This document shows positions 1 to 12,050 of a DNA stretch of 64,000 nt, piece by piece. Location: NCBI GenBank assembly GCA_043228905.1, contig JBHGNT010000012.1:3658001-3722000 (forward strand), written 5' to 3'. The stretch is from Azolla caroliniana (Eukaryota; Plantae; Polypodiophyta). The translations under genes and the position numbers were made by a program. How positions within the stretch are numbered: the first letter of the stretch is position 1; every line of letters starts with the position of its first letter. The notes beneath the pieces are model-generated. The model was not told where the DNA came from and made no database searches. It saw only the letters and a list, made by a program, of their open reading frames with translations.

Positions 1-1312
1 GTAAACGTCAAGTTGTGTTGTACTATATTTATCTTTCAACATATTAGGCTTATAGATCAATGTTATTTAAAATTTGTTATTATTGATATTACTTTGAATA
101 CTGGGCTTGTGAAAAAATTATTGAGGTCACATTTTTAGGAAAAAATGATTTGTTTTCCATAGGCCAAATTATATGAATGATTTGTTTGCATACCAATTAT
201 TTGAGTTCAATCATGGACAAAATGTGATGATTTATCAATGCAAAAAATATTAAACCAATTGATTTAGATTCGAACACAATGTAAAGCTAACAATATGTAT
301 AATTATAAGCAGCACTCTCACATTGCCTTTACTAAACAAACCGCCATGTATTAGTTTATTTGTCCAAGAGTACCACCCATTGGAAATATAGAATAGAGCT
401 GGTGTGAAGTAAATTTCTTAAAAATAATACATGTCCTTTTAACCTAAAGAAGAATCAATAATTCACACAAATTGTAAATACATTCCATCTATTATAGTGA
501 GCAGCCCAATGCTTTCATCCAATATTTAAAAATAACCAATCCAAATAAATTGTTTTTTTTTGCATTGTACTTTTTGGGTATAATCCAATCATTTAAATCA
601 TCCCATCAAATTGTTATTGCCAAATACAAATAGTGGTCTATGTTTGCTCATATCATTTTGTCGTTTGGATCAAATTTATCCAAATAGTCCTTTACATATT
701 ATATCTACCATTTGACAACAATTGGAATGGTAGACATTGCATTGCACACTTAGAAAAAAACAATCAATGCAAACAACATTTTTGGCATGCTCTTTTATTC
801 CATTCACACATTTATTACCACCTTTGTTGTGTATTTGTTAAAATGGATATATCGAAGAATTAGCCCACTTATGAGATTGCGTAGTTTTACCAAGAAGGCC
901 TCTGCTATTTGGTGGAACATCGTAATCATGTTTCTTTCGTGTGTCATGCTTAAAAGAACGAGTCATATATTCACAATGACTATGTTCTCGATATATCTTT
1001 GCCACACAAATACAAGTCATTGAAAACAATTAAAAAAACAATGTATAGCTCATTTGGTCATGCATATACATATGACAGTTGTAAGTACCTATGAGCTGTA
1101 CACACACAAGTGGCCCTTCACATTGTGGAATTTTTAATAAATGATGTGCATAAGTTTTCTTATTATTTAGCCATATTATCACCTCATATATTGAAATAAG
1201 CCTTTGCCTTTTTGGTTGGTAGCCTTAAACATCCGACACTCAAATGTTATTGTTAAACGTACATAACAATATCGTTTTAGCTCGTCCTTGTAATGTGGGT
1301 CAACTTCCTTTA

Positions 1313-1315
<3 letters not shown>

Positions 1316-1360
<45 letters not shown>
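1316..1360. repeat. (CT)n microsatellite
   Basis: About 22 perfect CT units in AT-rich non-coding DNA. Confidence 0.95.
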
Positions 1361-1363
<3 letters not shown>

Positions 1364-2361
1364 AGCATATACATTAAAGCAACACGACAATACCAAAAAT
1401 AGTGAGTATTTCAAGCAAGGTAAACTCTATATGGTTTCGTAATATTAGCGGACACAAACACAACTCATATGAGGACAAGGTGTCATAGAGGTCAATTGCA
1501 AAAATAGGCAAATACATTCCTTTCACTTTACTGTCACACACAAACACAACACATTCCACTTGTGACAAATAGGGTTGAGTCGCACTCTCGCCCATTCAAG
1601 TATGCTCTTTTGGATTGCAACAGTTATCCGTTGAGAAATGGTTATGATAACAAATAAATGTTATACATGAACTAGGTACAAAGCATCAAAGACTAACGAA
1701 GAACCTTATGGGCAATGAAACTCTCTAGGGAACCTCAAGAAATAAAGCTCTTATAAAAGGACCCACTAAAAGGGCCAAATACATAAATAATTTGATGGTT
1801 GCATTGTGATTACTTAACTTTGATTTCAAGTGGCTACAATCGTTCATGCTACAAAAACTTTGGGTGTTTGTTGCCACTCACCAAAGTCAATGATGATTGT
1901 TCATCTTGACAAGTCCCTCATTACGCAACAAGCTCCTTGATGACGCTAGCATCAACTTGCATAGATCAAGCACCACTAGACTCATTAGCTTGAAAATCAA
2001 CCTTGTCCTCCACACGGGGGCATTTGAGCACATACTCCATTGTGATGAGTCTCATACATAGCATATTTTGTGCAAACTTGTGTTCTACACATGGCCTCTC
2101 ATACTTTCTTGGTTATGGTGTCGGGTCTCTCACTTTTGACTAGTTGGGAATACCATACTTCAATTTCTTTGTATATAGCCCTCACCTTTGCAATGACTTC
2201 TAAATGAGCACGCTCTAAAGATGCTTGTTCTACATCTAAGTCACAACATGCAAGTGTATGCACAACTATGTTTGAACCAATTTGTTACCCCTTATGAATG
2301 TGTCTAGTTTAGGAGTTGTCTCAAGTGTCCACTAGCCCCACATTACTTTATTTCATAGATT

Positions 2362-3653
2362 TGTCATGAACATGACAACAATTGTGTCATGACTCGAACT
2401 CTTGACCTATTGTATTGTAATCAAATGATATGTCTTAACCCACACATCCAATACATGGTCATGTTATCGTAGTAAATTATTATAGATTATCTATTCTACA
2501 TGTAGAATATATTAGAAGCTTCTAGAAAGCTCCAAAAGCTGGAACAATCCAGAAGGTTGTGCATGAAAATGAGTCTATGCATGGAACTACATTTAGAGCC
2601 CCCGAACATGTATAAATACAGGGGTTCACCTTGGCCCTGGTCAAGTATTATTTCTGCTCACCGCGGCTGAACGACACCATCGACGAACCAATAGGTTATG
2701 TCATTACTGCAGCGCATCTACCCATCTAATTCGTTTTTGCCCACTCAAAAACAATCTACGACAAGTCTATCCGAACAATCCAACTAGTGGGTCCCAACAT
2801 TCGGAAAACGACGGTGTCCAACTACAATAGGAGCCATGCGGTTGGACAACCAAAATTCATGTTGCTCCCATAGTTCTACTAATGATTTTTTCTTCGAGGT
2901 AACTCTCCGTTTCCAATATATTTCAATTCAATCCTTAGCGTTGCTCGATTCTAGGGCCACGACGTGTTTTATGGACGAAACATTCGTTCGTAAACACAAC
3001 TTTCCCATTGTTCGATTGTCCACGCCTATCCCAGTTGAAGCTATCGATGGGCAAGTACTCTCCTCTGGCGCAGTCACTAAAGCCATGGTCCCCCTCCTTT
3101 GGCAGCGCAGGACTCATCATTAGGCCTTATCATTTTACCTCATCACTTCACTGCGACATCCAATCATATTTGGGTTGTCTTGGCTTAAAGCCAATAACCC
3201 TGTTATAGATTGGCACAACCACTCACTTGCTTTTCCACCACAAACTCACATGAAGGTTGGAGCGGCTTCCCATGTTGTTGTGTCACAATGGCACGAATCA
3301 ATTTTTGTCGAGCACTCCATTCAAGTAGGCAATTGTTCCAACTTGGATGCTCATGCTCCAGTCACAACGCCCTCAATCTCAATGGGCAATGACTCAAAGT
3401 CGAGTACCCCAGCTTTGGTTCCCATGAAAACCAATCTAGACTCGCATCCATCCAAATATGGTGACTTTGCTGATGTGTTCGAGAAGAAGAATGCGGATCA
3501 CTTACCAAAGCATTGACCATATGATTGTCCAATCGATCTACATGAAGGCACATCTTCACCCTTTGGGCCCATCTATGGTCTCTCTGAACTAGAACTAGAG
3601 GCTCTTTGCACATATCTAGATGAAAATTTGGAGAAGGGCTTCATCCAATCGTC
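2362..3653 (+). mobile_element. Degenerate Tcn1-like Ty3/gypsy remnant (partial LTR, gag C-terminus, protease, RT start)
   Basis: Starts TGTCATGA like the LTR of element H. TATAAATA near 2611. Gag knuckle remnant RRTNRLCHYC, protease LLDSRATTCFMD (2836-3123), RT start [22 protein letters not shown]...GPIYGLS...[11 protein letters not shown]. Contains stops, frameshifts and deletions. Confidence 0.85.
2803..2847 (+). promoter_or_regulatory. Putative -1 ribosomal frameshift signal (G GAA AAC plus stem-loop) at the gag/pol junction
   Basis: GGAAAAC, 6-nt spacer, stem GTCCAACTACA/TGCGGTTGGAC with the gag TAG in the loop. The -1 frame continues into the protease ORF. Confidence 0.65.
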
Positions 3654-4312
3654 TAAATGAGCATGACACTAATTCTGCCTACAATATTCCTATTTACTAT
3701 AATAGGAATATAGGCCCTCAACAACCTTTCAGAATCCTTCCAACTCGACACACCCGAATCGAAGAGAGTTCGATTTGGCTCTCAGTTCTCAGCTCTCGGC
3801 CCTTAGCTCTCGGGTTCTTCAGCTTATTCGACCCATGTTGAGCTTGTCTCTCAACACTCCCCCTCAAGCTCAACTTGAGGTCCCATCGTGTAAGTTATGA
3901 CTAGTTTGTCACTCTAGCCTCTTCTCCTAGCGTCCCAACACCTCGCTCACGCTCCTCATCCAGTTTGGTCCTGCATCCCACGACCCCGTCGATTTGGCAC
4001 TCCTCGACTTGTTTGGTTCTGCACACCTCGACCCTTATGGTCGACTTGTCTACTTCCAAGACCCTTGTTAGCTCCCTCGTTGTCGCGGTATTGGCGCCCC
4101 TCAACTAGTCGACTCCTCTATCTCGGCATCGGCTTTGGCAGCCTTATTATCCGTTTGGCCTTTATGCAATTCAGCTCGTCCGAATCACCTTCCACAATCA
4201 AATTGGCTGGTTCCGATTCGTTCCAGCTCTTGTCCAAATCGGTTATCTCCGATTCGTCCTCTTTCCGGCCCCTGACCACATCTGCCCATGTCTTGGTTTT
4301 GGCCTTCGCTTG

Positions 4313-4678
4313 TGTTACCGGCCGGCAAAGGAGTCTAGAGTGTGAAATGGGGGGTTATTTAATTAGTAGGAATGGTTGTAAGTAAGCTATGAGTGTGGAC
4401 AGACGGACCGGAATCGGTATGCTGTTCCGGATCCGAACCGATCCCGAATAGGTGCGGATGGCACCGTTTTGTAATACAGACCGGAAACCTATTTAAAGGC
4501 CCGGATACAATGTAATGAATAGCGGTTAATTAATAAAGCTTAGTGTTGTTATCTCTCTGTGTTAATTGCCGTTTTGCATTCATTGTTATATCTTACGCGT
4601 GTGATTATTAAAGACGATCATGCTAAGTAACCTAATTAAGTCGGATTAACCATTGAGTCTAATCCTGTTGCCGTAACA
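4313..4678. mobile_element. Solo-LTR-like insertion in the 3' region of copia A
   Basis: TGTTACCG...CCGTAACA inverted termini, TATTTAAA and AATAAA motifs. No TSD is recognisable. Confidence 0.55.
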
Positions 4679-5830
4679 CCCCTTTGGTGAAGTGTCTTTC
4701 GTAGACACCCTGTGTTAGGCCATTGTCCGGCCCTAAGAGTTAACAGCTTGGTCGACTCTATCCTTTTTTACTCTGCCGCCTTTCTTGCCCTTCTCGGCTT
4801 CAAATCCCCTTTGTTTGGTTGGCTCCGGCTCCGACTTTCCTTTTCGGTTGCTCCCCCTACATGTGGCCCCTGCATGTGGCTAGTCTTTGCTTAGCCGATC
4901 TCCTTCCACATGTCCATGCATCCTCGGCTTCTCCAACCTATTCAAACGTTCCGACTTCTTCAGTCGTGCCGAAATCAAATTCTTCATCTGATTTGGTTTT
5001 TCGAACTTCGTCTCTCTCCTTTTCGGATTCACTCCTTCCCCTCAAGTTTGGCATATTGAGGTGTTGTATGCCAAGCATACCCGAGAATTGCCGCAACTTG
5101 TCTAGGCCAAGAGGTTTAGTGAAGATATTGGCCACCTATCGACCAGTCGGAACATGCACAAGTTTGACTTCACCATAGAGGACTCGCTCACGGACGAAAT
5201 GATAGTGCACCTCGAGTGCTTTGTCCGAGCGTGGAAGGTAGGGTTCTTCGAGAGTTGGATGTTGTTGAGCTTGTCACAGTATATCACTGTCGTCTCGGAC
5301 ACCTCCACATGCAGATCCTTCAACATCCTTTTTAGCCAAATGGCTTCGCACGTAGCGACAACCACCCCTCCATACGCTGCCTCAGTGCTTGACAGTGCCA
5401 CTATTGGCTGCTTTTTACTGCTCCAGGCGATCGCGGCGCTTCCCAAAGAAAATGTGAATCCAGATGTTGACATGCGATCGCCAACATTTCCAGCCCAATC
5501 GACATCCGTGTAGCCGACTAACTCCTCGACTATGCTTGCTCGATATAGCAACACCCTATCCTTAGTGTCGTTGACATATCACAACATCCTTTGTGCGCAC
5601 TAAAGGTGTTCAGCCTTTGGCTGCAACATGAATTGACTGATAAAGTTGACTAGGTAATTGAGGTCTGGCCGAGTGATAGTCAAATAAATGAGGCTTTGGA
5701 CAATTTTTCGGAACCGTGTTGGGTCGCATGCCATTCCCAAAATTTTGGCGAAGCTTGACGTTTCTATCCAAAAGGGTTGAGATGGACTTACAATCCGCCA
5801 TCTTGAACTTGAAAAGCATATTCAACACAT

Positions 5831-8800
5831 TGTCACGTTAATCCGCGCTCGCATGTCTGGACCATCGAGGTCATGGACCAGGAGAGAGGAGACTGTCGGA
5901 GGCTCGAGTCCTTGGGATCTTGCCGCACTGTCGATTTCTTCTCGGCTGCGATCGATAACCGTCTACGGATTGAGAAGACGCGCGCTCATCTTCACTGCCC
6001 TTCGGTTCATGTGTACAAGGGCCCAAAACAGGCACGGGTCATGACCCCATTAACCGTGCCCACACGCATGCACGCACACATATACACCCGGTTTTGACCG
6101 ACTCTTCGGTACCGGTTAGAACTCAGCCTCACACACACGAACCCTAAGCTACTTAGAAACACACCTACGCCTACACACACGACGCCGGTTCCGCACAGAG
6201 AGGAAGAGGGAGCTTGCAACCCAGGACCGGTCGGGGAGCGCTCGAGCTCTGTTGCGCGACGGGATCCTCGTGCAGGACACACCCCTTCCTTGAACAACCA
6301 CCTCCTGTCGCCAAGTTGCCCGCCGGGAGCGCACAGGCTCGCCAGCTTGAGTTGGGACTTAGGCACCAAGGAGGGAGCCTTCGGTCGATCCGCTTAGCGC
6401 ATGGCACATCAGGAACGACAGAGGCCAAGGAGTGGTGAAGGCAACCCACGCTCTGTCTACCGCACTTGAGCGTGCACGCCCTCTCACGCACACAAGCGAG
6501 ACCTAACAGAAATCGGAGAGCACAAAGAAAGTGCCTTGACGGAACCCTAACAGAAATAGAGTGAGACCAAGACGAAACTAAATAGACACAGAAGACCCTC
6601 AACGAGAGCACACGAGACCTTAGCAGAGACTGAGACTGAGAAGAGAGAGCAAGACGACAGAGAGGTAGAAACAGAAACGTTATGTTATATTACAGAGAAC
6701 AAAATAGAACCCAAACGAAGGAAAATTGGGGACCCCTATACAAAGGGCGTGCCCTCCCTTTTATAGAACAAGGTGAGGGTCATGTGGAATGTGAGGTAAA
6801 CCCACGATATGTGGGATTCTCTGTCCCGTAATTGTTGTCGTTCGGCGCCATAAAGGCGCCCCTATTCCTTATACAAATTTACAAGGATGGGTGCACATGT
6901 TGCAACTCGCCGATCCCTCCAATATCTCCCGGTTTCTCACTATGTGCCGGAAACTTCACGACATCCGCCCCCACCAAACCGCACGTCCACCAATATGTGC
7001 CAATTCCAGAGAAGGGAGAAGGATTTCGGCCATTGAGAAACCGGTCTTTCGCGTCCGCATCCCGGCTTGCCGCGTCGATCGCTGTCGGGTTTGAACCGTC
7101 GGCTCAGGTTCTTCCTCGCGCTTGCCTCCTCGTAGGCTCATTCGACCCGTCGACAGGTCATCCGCCGCGGTCCCGTAGTATGCGTGCTTCGATGCTGGCC
7201 CTTCACTTGGCCAAATGCACGCGTTGCTATCTGTTGTAAGCCCGGGGTCCTCCGCTCGAGGAGCGCCTGTAACGTCTCGCTTGGCCTCAGTCCGTCACCG
7301 CGTTGTCTTGGTTGCCGTCTTTGCCGCCGCTACCGTCTGTCACTCTCGGTCTCACACGGGCTCTCGGGCCGGATGTTAGAGTCTCCAGAGTCGGTGCGTG
7401 CAAAGTCCCGGCACCACCGCTTCCCTTTCGCCTGTGGGTGTCCTTTGCGTCCGAGGAATACCCGTAGTAGCCTGCTTGGCCCTCTTTCGTCTTGCGCCGT
7501 TGCCGTTGGGTTGAAGCCTTTCGCTCACTGTCGTGCCCTTGCCCCCACCAGCTTGTCATCTCGGGCTCGGCTTGCCACGCCAGTTGTTGCCACTCCGACT
7601 AAGCCGCCGAGATCTCCGAAGCGGACATGGAGGATCCTTCTCCGGCCTGTATATCTTTCCCGGTCTTTGACCCGTGCAGTCCGTCGCGCACCCCTTTCCG
7701 CGTTCTTGGCACCATTGCGTGCGTGTCGTCCTTTAGTCGTGCTCCGATTCGGCCCTCCATGGCCACTTTTCTTCTTCAACTCTGGGTGTGCCCTTCCCGG
7801 CTTGGCACACCGCCCGTACTTGCCCTTACCTGCTCCTTCGAAAACCGTAACCGGCCGGTAGGGGTTTTGCACTTAGACAACTTCCGTCTTGTTGGCTATT
7901 GTCAATGTCGGGTCCCGTTCCTTACCGCCACCATCCTTCTCTCTCGGTCTTACGTTGCCACGTTGGCCAAACAGCCGGAGTCTCCGGATTGGTGTGAAGA
8001 TCCCATAGGACCGGTCTTCGTTTCGTTGCTTGCCGAAATTCGGGTGTCTTTTGTTTGAGTCCCTCCCGGACTCTCCTCGTGTCTTCCATGTAGTTGGGTC
8101 CCGTTTCCCGCCGCCACAAGCCTTCTGTCACGGTCTCACGTTGCCACGTTGGCCGAACTACCAGAGTCTCCGGTCTGGTGTGGGGATCCCGTAGGACCGA
8201 AATTCCTTATGCTCATGGACCTTGCCGGAAAGCCCGATTCAGTTTGTGGCCGCTTCGTCGGCCTGATTCCTCTTTTCGCTTTGGTATTCGATGTCGTCTC
8301 GGTTGCCCGCCTTGCCACCGCCACTGCTCGTTACTCTAGGTCTCGCGCCGGCTCTCGGGCCGGATGCCGGATGCCGGAGTGCCTAGGATCGGTGTGTGTA
8401 AGGTGCGGCACCGTTGTTCATCTCCTCGCCCTCGGTACCGTTGTACCAACTCACCTCCTTTTCGGATCGATCATCCGGAGGGCCGATTTCTCGGTTCTTG
8501 CTCGGGTACATTCGTGTTGCCGCATCCCGCTTCCCGTCGCCACCATCCTTCTCTCTCGGTCTCACGTTGCCACGTTGGCCGAACAGCCGGAGTCCCCGGA
8601 TCGGTGTGAGGAAATCGAAGAATGGGCATTCTTTATCCTCACCCACTTGTGCTTCTCTCGAACTCGTCGTCCTCCTTCTTCCGTACCCGCCTCTGTCTCC
8701 CATCTCTCCAGGTCTCACGCCAACGCCTGTTGTTGGCTGCCTGAGTCTCCGGATAAGACGCGGGGTAATCGTCCTGTAATGATTTGCGGACGCTCATTCA

Positions 8801-10278
8801 GGGTACCGATCCCTAAGCACGTTCGGTGGGAAGCACCTGGTCCTCGATCGTTTAAGTGCCTCCTGCACTTGATTCTCCAACGTCCGGAGTTTCGCACAGC
8901 GGTGCCCGAAACCTACCGGTCTCTCTCTGCACTCTCGACTGCCAGCATGTTGATTTACGGCCTTTGCCCGTCCGGCTTTTCTCCCGATGCAAGAGAGGGC
9001 GATTCGTTTCACACCCTCTCCGCCGCTGTAACGGTCGACTCGCTCGACCTCGCTCATGATGATGCGCCACTTCTCGACTCCTCTTCCTGAAGTCCTCTGC
9101 CTCCAACCCCACTCTCCTTCGCCGCCTTTCACGTCGGGTTCACCAAAGATGTCATGTTAATCCGCGCTCGCATGTTGGATCCAGGCGGAACCATCGGGGT
9201 CATGGACTAGGAGAGAGGAGGAGACTGTCGAGGCTCGAGTCCTTGGGATCTTGCCACACTGTCGATTTCTTCTCGGCTGCAACCGATAACCGTCCACGGA
9301 GTGAGAAGACGCGCGCTCATCTTCACTGCCCTTCGGTTCGTGTGTACAAGGGCCCAAAACAGGCACGGGTCATGGCCCAGTTAACCGCACCCGCGCGCAC
9401 GCACACATATACACCCGATTTTGACCGGCTCTTCGGTACCGGTTAGAACTCAGCCTCACGCACACGGACCCTAACCTACCTAGAAACACACCTACGCCTA
9501 CGCACACGACTCCGGTTCCGCACAGAGAGGAAGAGGGAGCTTGCAACCCAGGACCGGTCGAGGTGCGCTCAGGCTCTGTCGTGCGATGGGATCCTCGTGC
9601 AGGACACGCCCCTTCCTTGTTGTCGCCAAGCCACCCGCCGGGAGCGCACGGGCTCGCTAGCCTGAGTTGGGACTTAGGCGCCAAGGAGGGAGCCTTCGGT
9701 CGATCCGCTTAGCGCATGGCACATCAGGAACGATAGAGGCCAAGGAGCGGCAAAGGCAGCCCACGCTCTGTCTCCCGCACTTGAGCATGCACGCCCTCTC
9801 ACGCACACAAGCGAGACCTAACAGAAATCGGAGAGCACAAAGAAAGTGCCTTGACGGAACCCTAACAAAAATAGAGTGAGACCAAGACGAAACTGAATAG
9901 ACACAGAAGACCCTCAACGAGAGCACACGAGACCTTAGCAGAGACTGAGACTGAGAAGAGAGAGCAAGACGACAGAGAGGTAGAAACAAAAACGTTATGT
10001 TATATTACAGAGAACAAAATGGAACCCAAACGAAGGAAAACTAAGGACCCCTATACAAAGGGCGCGCCCTCATTTTTATAGAACAAGGTGAGGGTTGCGT
10101 GGAATGTGAGGTAAACCCACGATACATGGGATTCTCTATCCTGTAATTGTTGTCGTTCGGCGCCATAAAGGCGCCCCTATTCCTTATACAAATTTACAAG
10201 GATGGGTGCACACGTTGCACCTCGCCGATCCCGCTAATATCTCTCGGTTTCTCACTATGTGCCGGAAACTTCACGACA
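5831..10278 (-). mobile_element. W1: non-autonomous tRNA-Trp-primed LTR element
   Basis: LTRs 5831-6963 and 9150-10278 (TG...CA), 4-bp TSD ACAT, PBS 9128-9145, PPT 6964-6980. GC-rich internal region lacks pol. Confidence 0.92.
9128..9145 (-). other. Primer binding site complementary to the 3' end of tRNA-Trp
   Basis: Plus strand TTCACGTCGGGTTCACCA matches the 3' 18 nt of plant cytosolic tRNA-Trp(CCA) as recalled. The same motif occurs at 29791-29808, 21958-21975, about 33603-33620 (degenerate) and 55150-55167. Confidence 0.85.
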
Positions 10279-11267
10279 ACATAATGGCATTGACTGATCA
10301 ATATGCCTTCTTGTGTTCAAATCACTTCGATCTTGAGGAAGTAATGAAGGTCCCCTAGATCCTTCATTTTGAATGATGCCTCAAGCTGAGACTTTACTTA
10401 GCCGATTTCTCCGAGGTCGACATTGGCGATGACTAAATCATCAACATATAGTAGAATGCTAATTGGTCCAATGCAACTTGGCGGAATGTACAATGAGGAG
10501 TTCGATTTTGATGGAGCAAATCTCATCTTACGTAGTCTTTGCATGATCTTCGCGTTCCAGGCACATAGGGCTTGCTTGAATCCATACAACGACTTCTTCA
10601 ATCAGTAAACTGCCGAGGTGTTTCATTTGTATAGAAATCCGGGGGGTTGTACCATGTACACTTGTTCCTCAAGTTCACCTTGCATAATGCGTTCTTTACA
10701 TACATCTGATGTAAGTGCCATCCCTTTGTCGTTGCTACTGTTAGCAGTATAGGGATAGTTGTCATCTTTGCGATCGACGCGAAGGTCTCATCGTAATTGA
10801 TGCCATGTTTTTGCGTGTAGCCCTTTGCCACTAATTGGGCCTTGTATCAGTTGACCGGGCTATTAGAGATCTAGGTACTAAAGTAAGCTTAAGATAAGGA
10901 TAAACTAATGATAGATAGAAAGGAGAAAGAGAAAGAAGGGTGCCAATCCACCCGACCACCCCCGAGCGAAGGGATCGAGACGGACTCGAGTCTCGATCGG
11001 CATCCCAGCGTCGAGTCGTACCTGGTGCTGGTGCGCTCGCTACTAGAGTTGACCCACCACAAGAGCAGAGTCTCGATGTAGTCAAAAGATGATCAAATGA
11101 GGGTAGCTAGGCCTCTTATTTATAGCGATACCCAAGGCCCCCAGGCAAGTTCACACTTGACCTAATGGGTTGTCTCAATCCCGAGGATTAAAAGCAATCC
11201 TCCCCTTCTTTACACTCTCGTTTAACCCTCACACTTATCCACGTGTATAGAATACTACGGTAAATTC

Positions 11268-12050
11268 TCACCACGGGATATTAAATGGTAATGCCCGTAA
11301 CATACTCCCCCTCTTTAAAACATTGCACTCTTGCAATGGAAAGTTAGGGAAATTAGTTCTGAGAGTATTTTCGCGTTCCCATGTGGCATCTTTTATTGAT
11401 TTATCCATCCATTTTATTTTAAATTCTTGGATTTCTTTAGCACGTAATTTTTTTGTTTTAACATCGAGAATTCTTTCTTGTACATGTGGTTTAGAAGATA
11501 ATTCTTCAGAAGTAACCAGAGTTTCAGTTGTAACTGTATTGTCGCAAGAACCTAGAAGTTCTTTTAGACGACTCACATGAAAGACCGGATGAATACCAAC
11601 ACCATCGGGAAGAGTGAGACGATAGGCTGATGACCCAATGCATTTGAGGACTGTAAAAGGTCCACAAAACCGTGGGGCTAACTTAGTGCACTTACCCGTA
11701 GACAATGTCTTAGAATTGTGGGGTACACGTAAAAATACCTTCTGTCCAGGGTTGAATACACGAGGTTGCCTATGATGGTCGATACAAAAACGCGCTCTAT
11801 CTTGAGTTGTTTTTATATTATCTCGTGCAATATGCAACATATCTTGCATATCCTGAAGAAAGTTTTGCGTACTTCGCAACTCATCATGATGTATATTAAC
11901 ATCAATCGGGGCTCGTGGCTGAAAACCATACATCAACATAAAAGGACTATATCTCGTCGATGTATGCTTGGAGCTGTTATAAGCAAATTCCAAAATTGGG
12001 AGATAACGTTCCCATTTTGTTGGTTTTGCACCAACGTATGCTCGAAGCAT
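11268..12050 (-). pseudogene. Integrase C-terminus with GPY/F motif and chromodomain (element B)
   Basis: LRAYV...WERYLPILEFAYNSSKH, KLAPRFCGPF, HPVFHVSRLK, ERILD...IKWMDKSIKDATWE. Confidence 0.88.

Noticed and set aside
1-2361. Short ORFs in the AT-rich left flank as a host gene
   Set aside because: No recognisable domain or exon structure; left unannotated.
6832-9132. Long overlapping ORFs (225-313 aa) in W1, and similar ones in W4 and W5, as novel genes
   Set aside because: GC-rich low-complexity DNA is open in many frames on both strands and shows no motifs.
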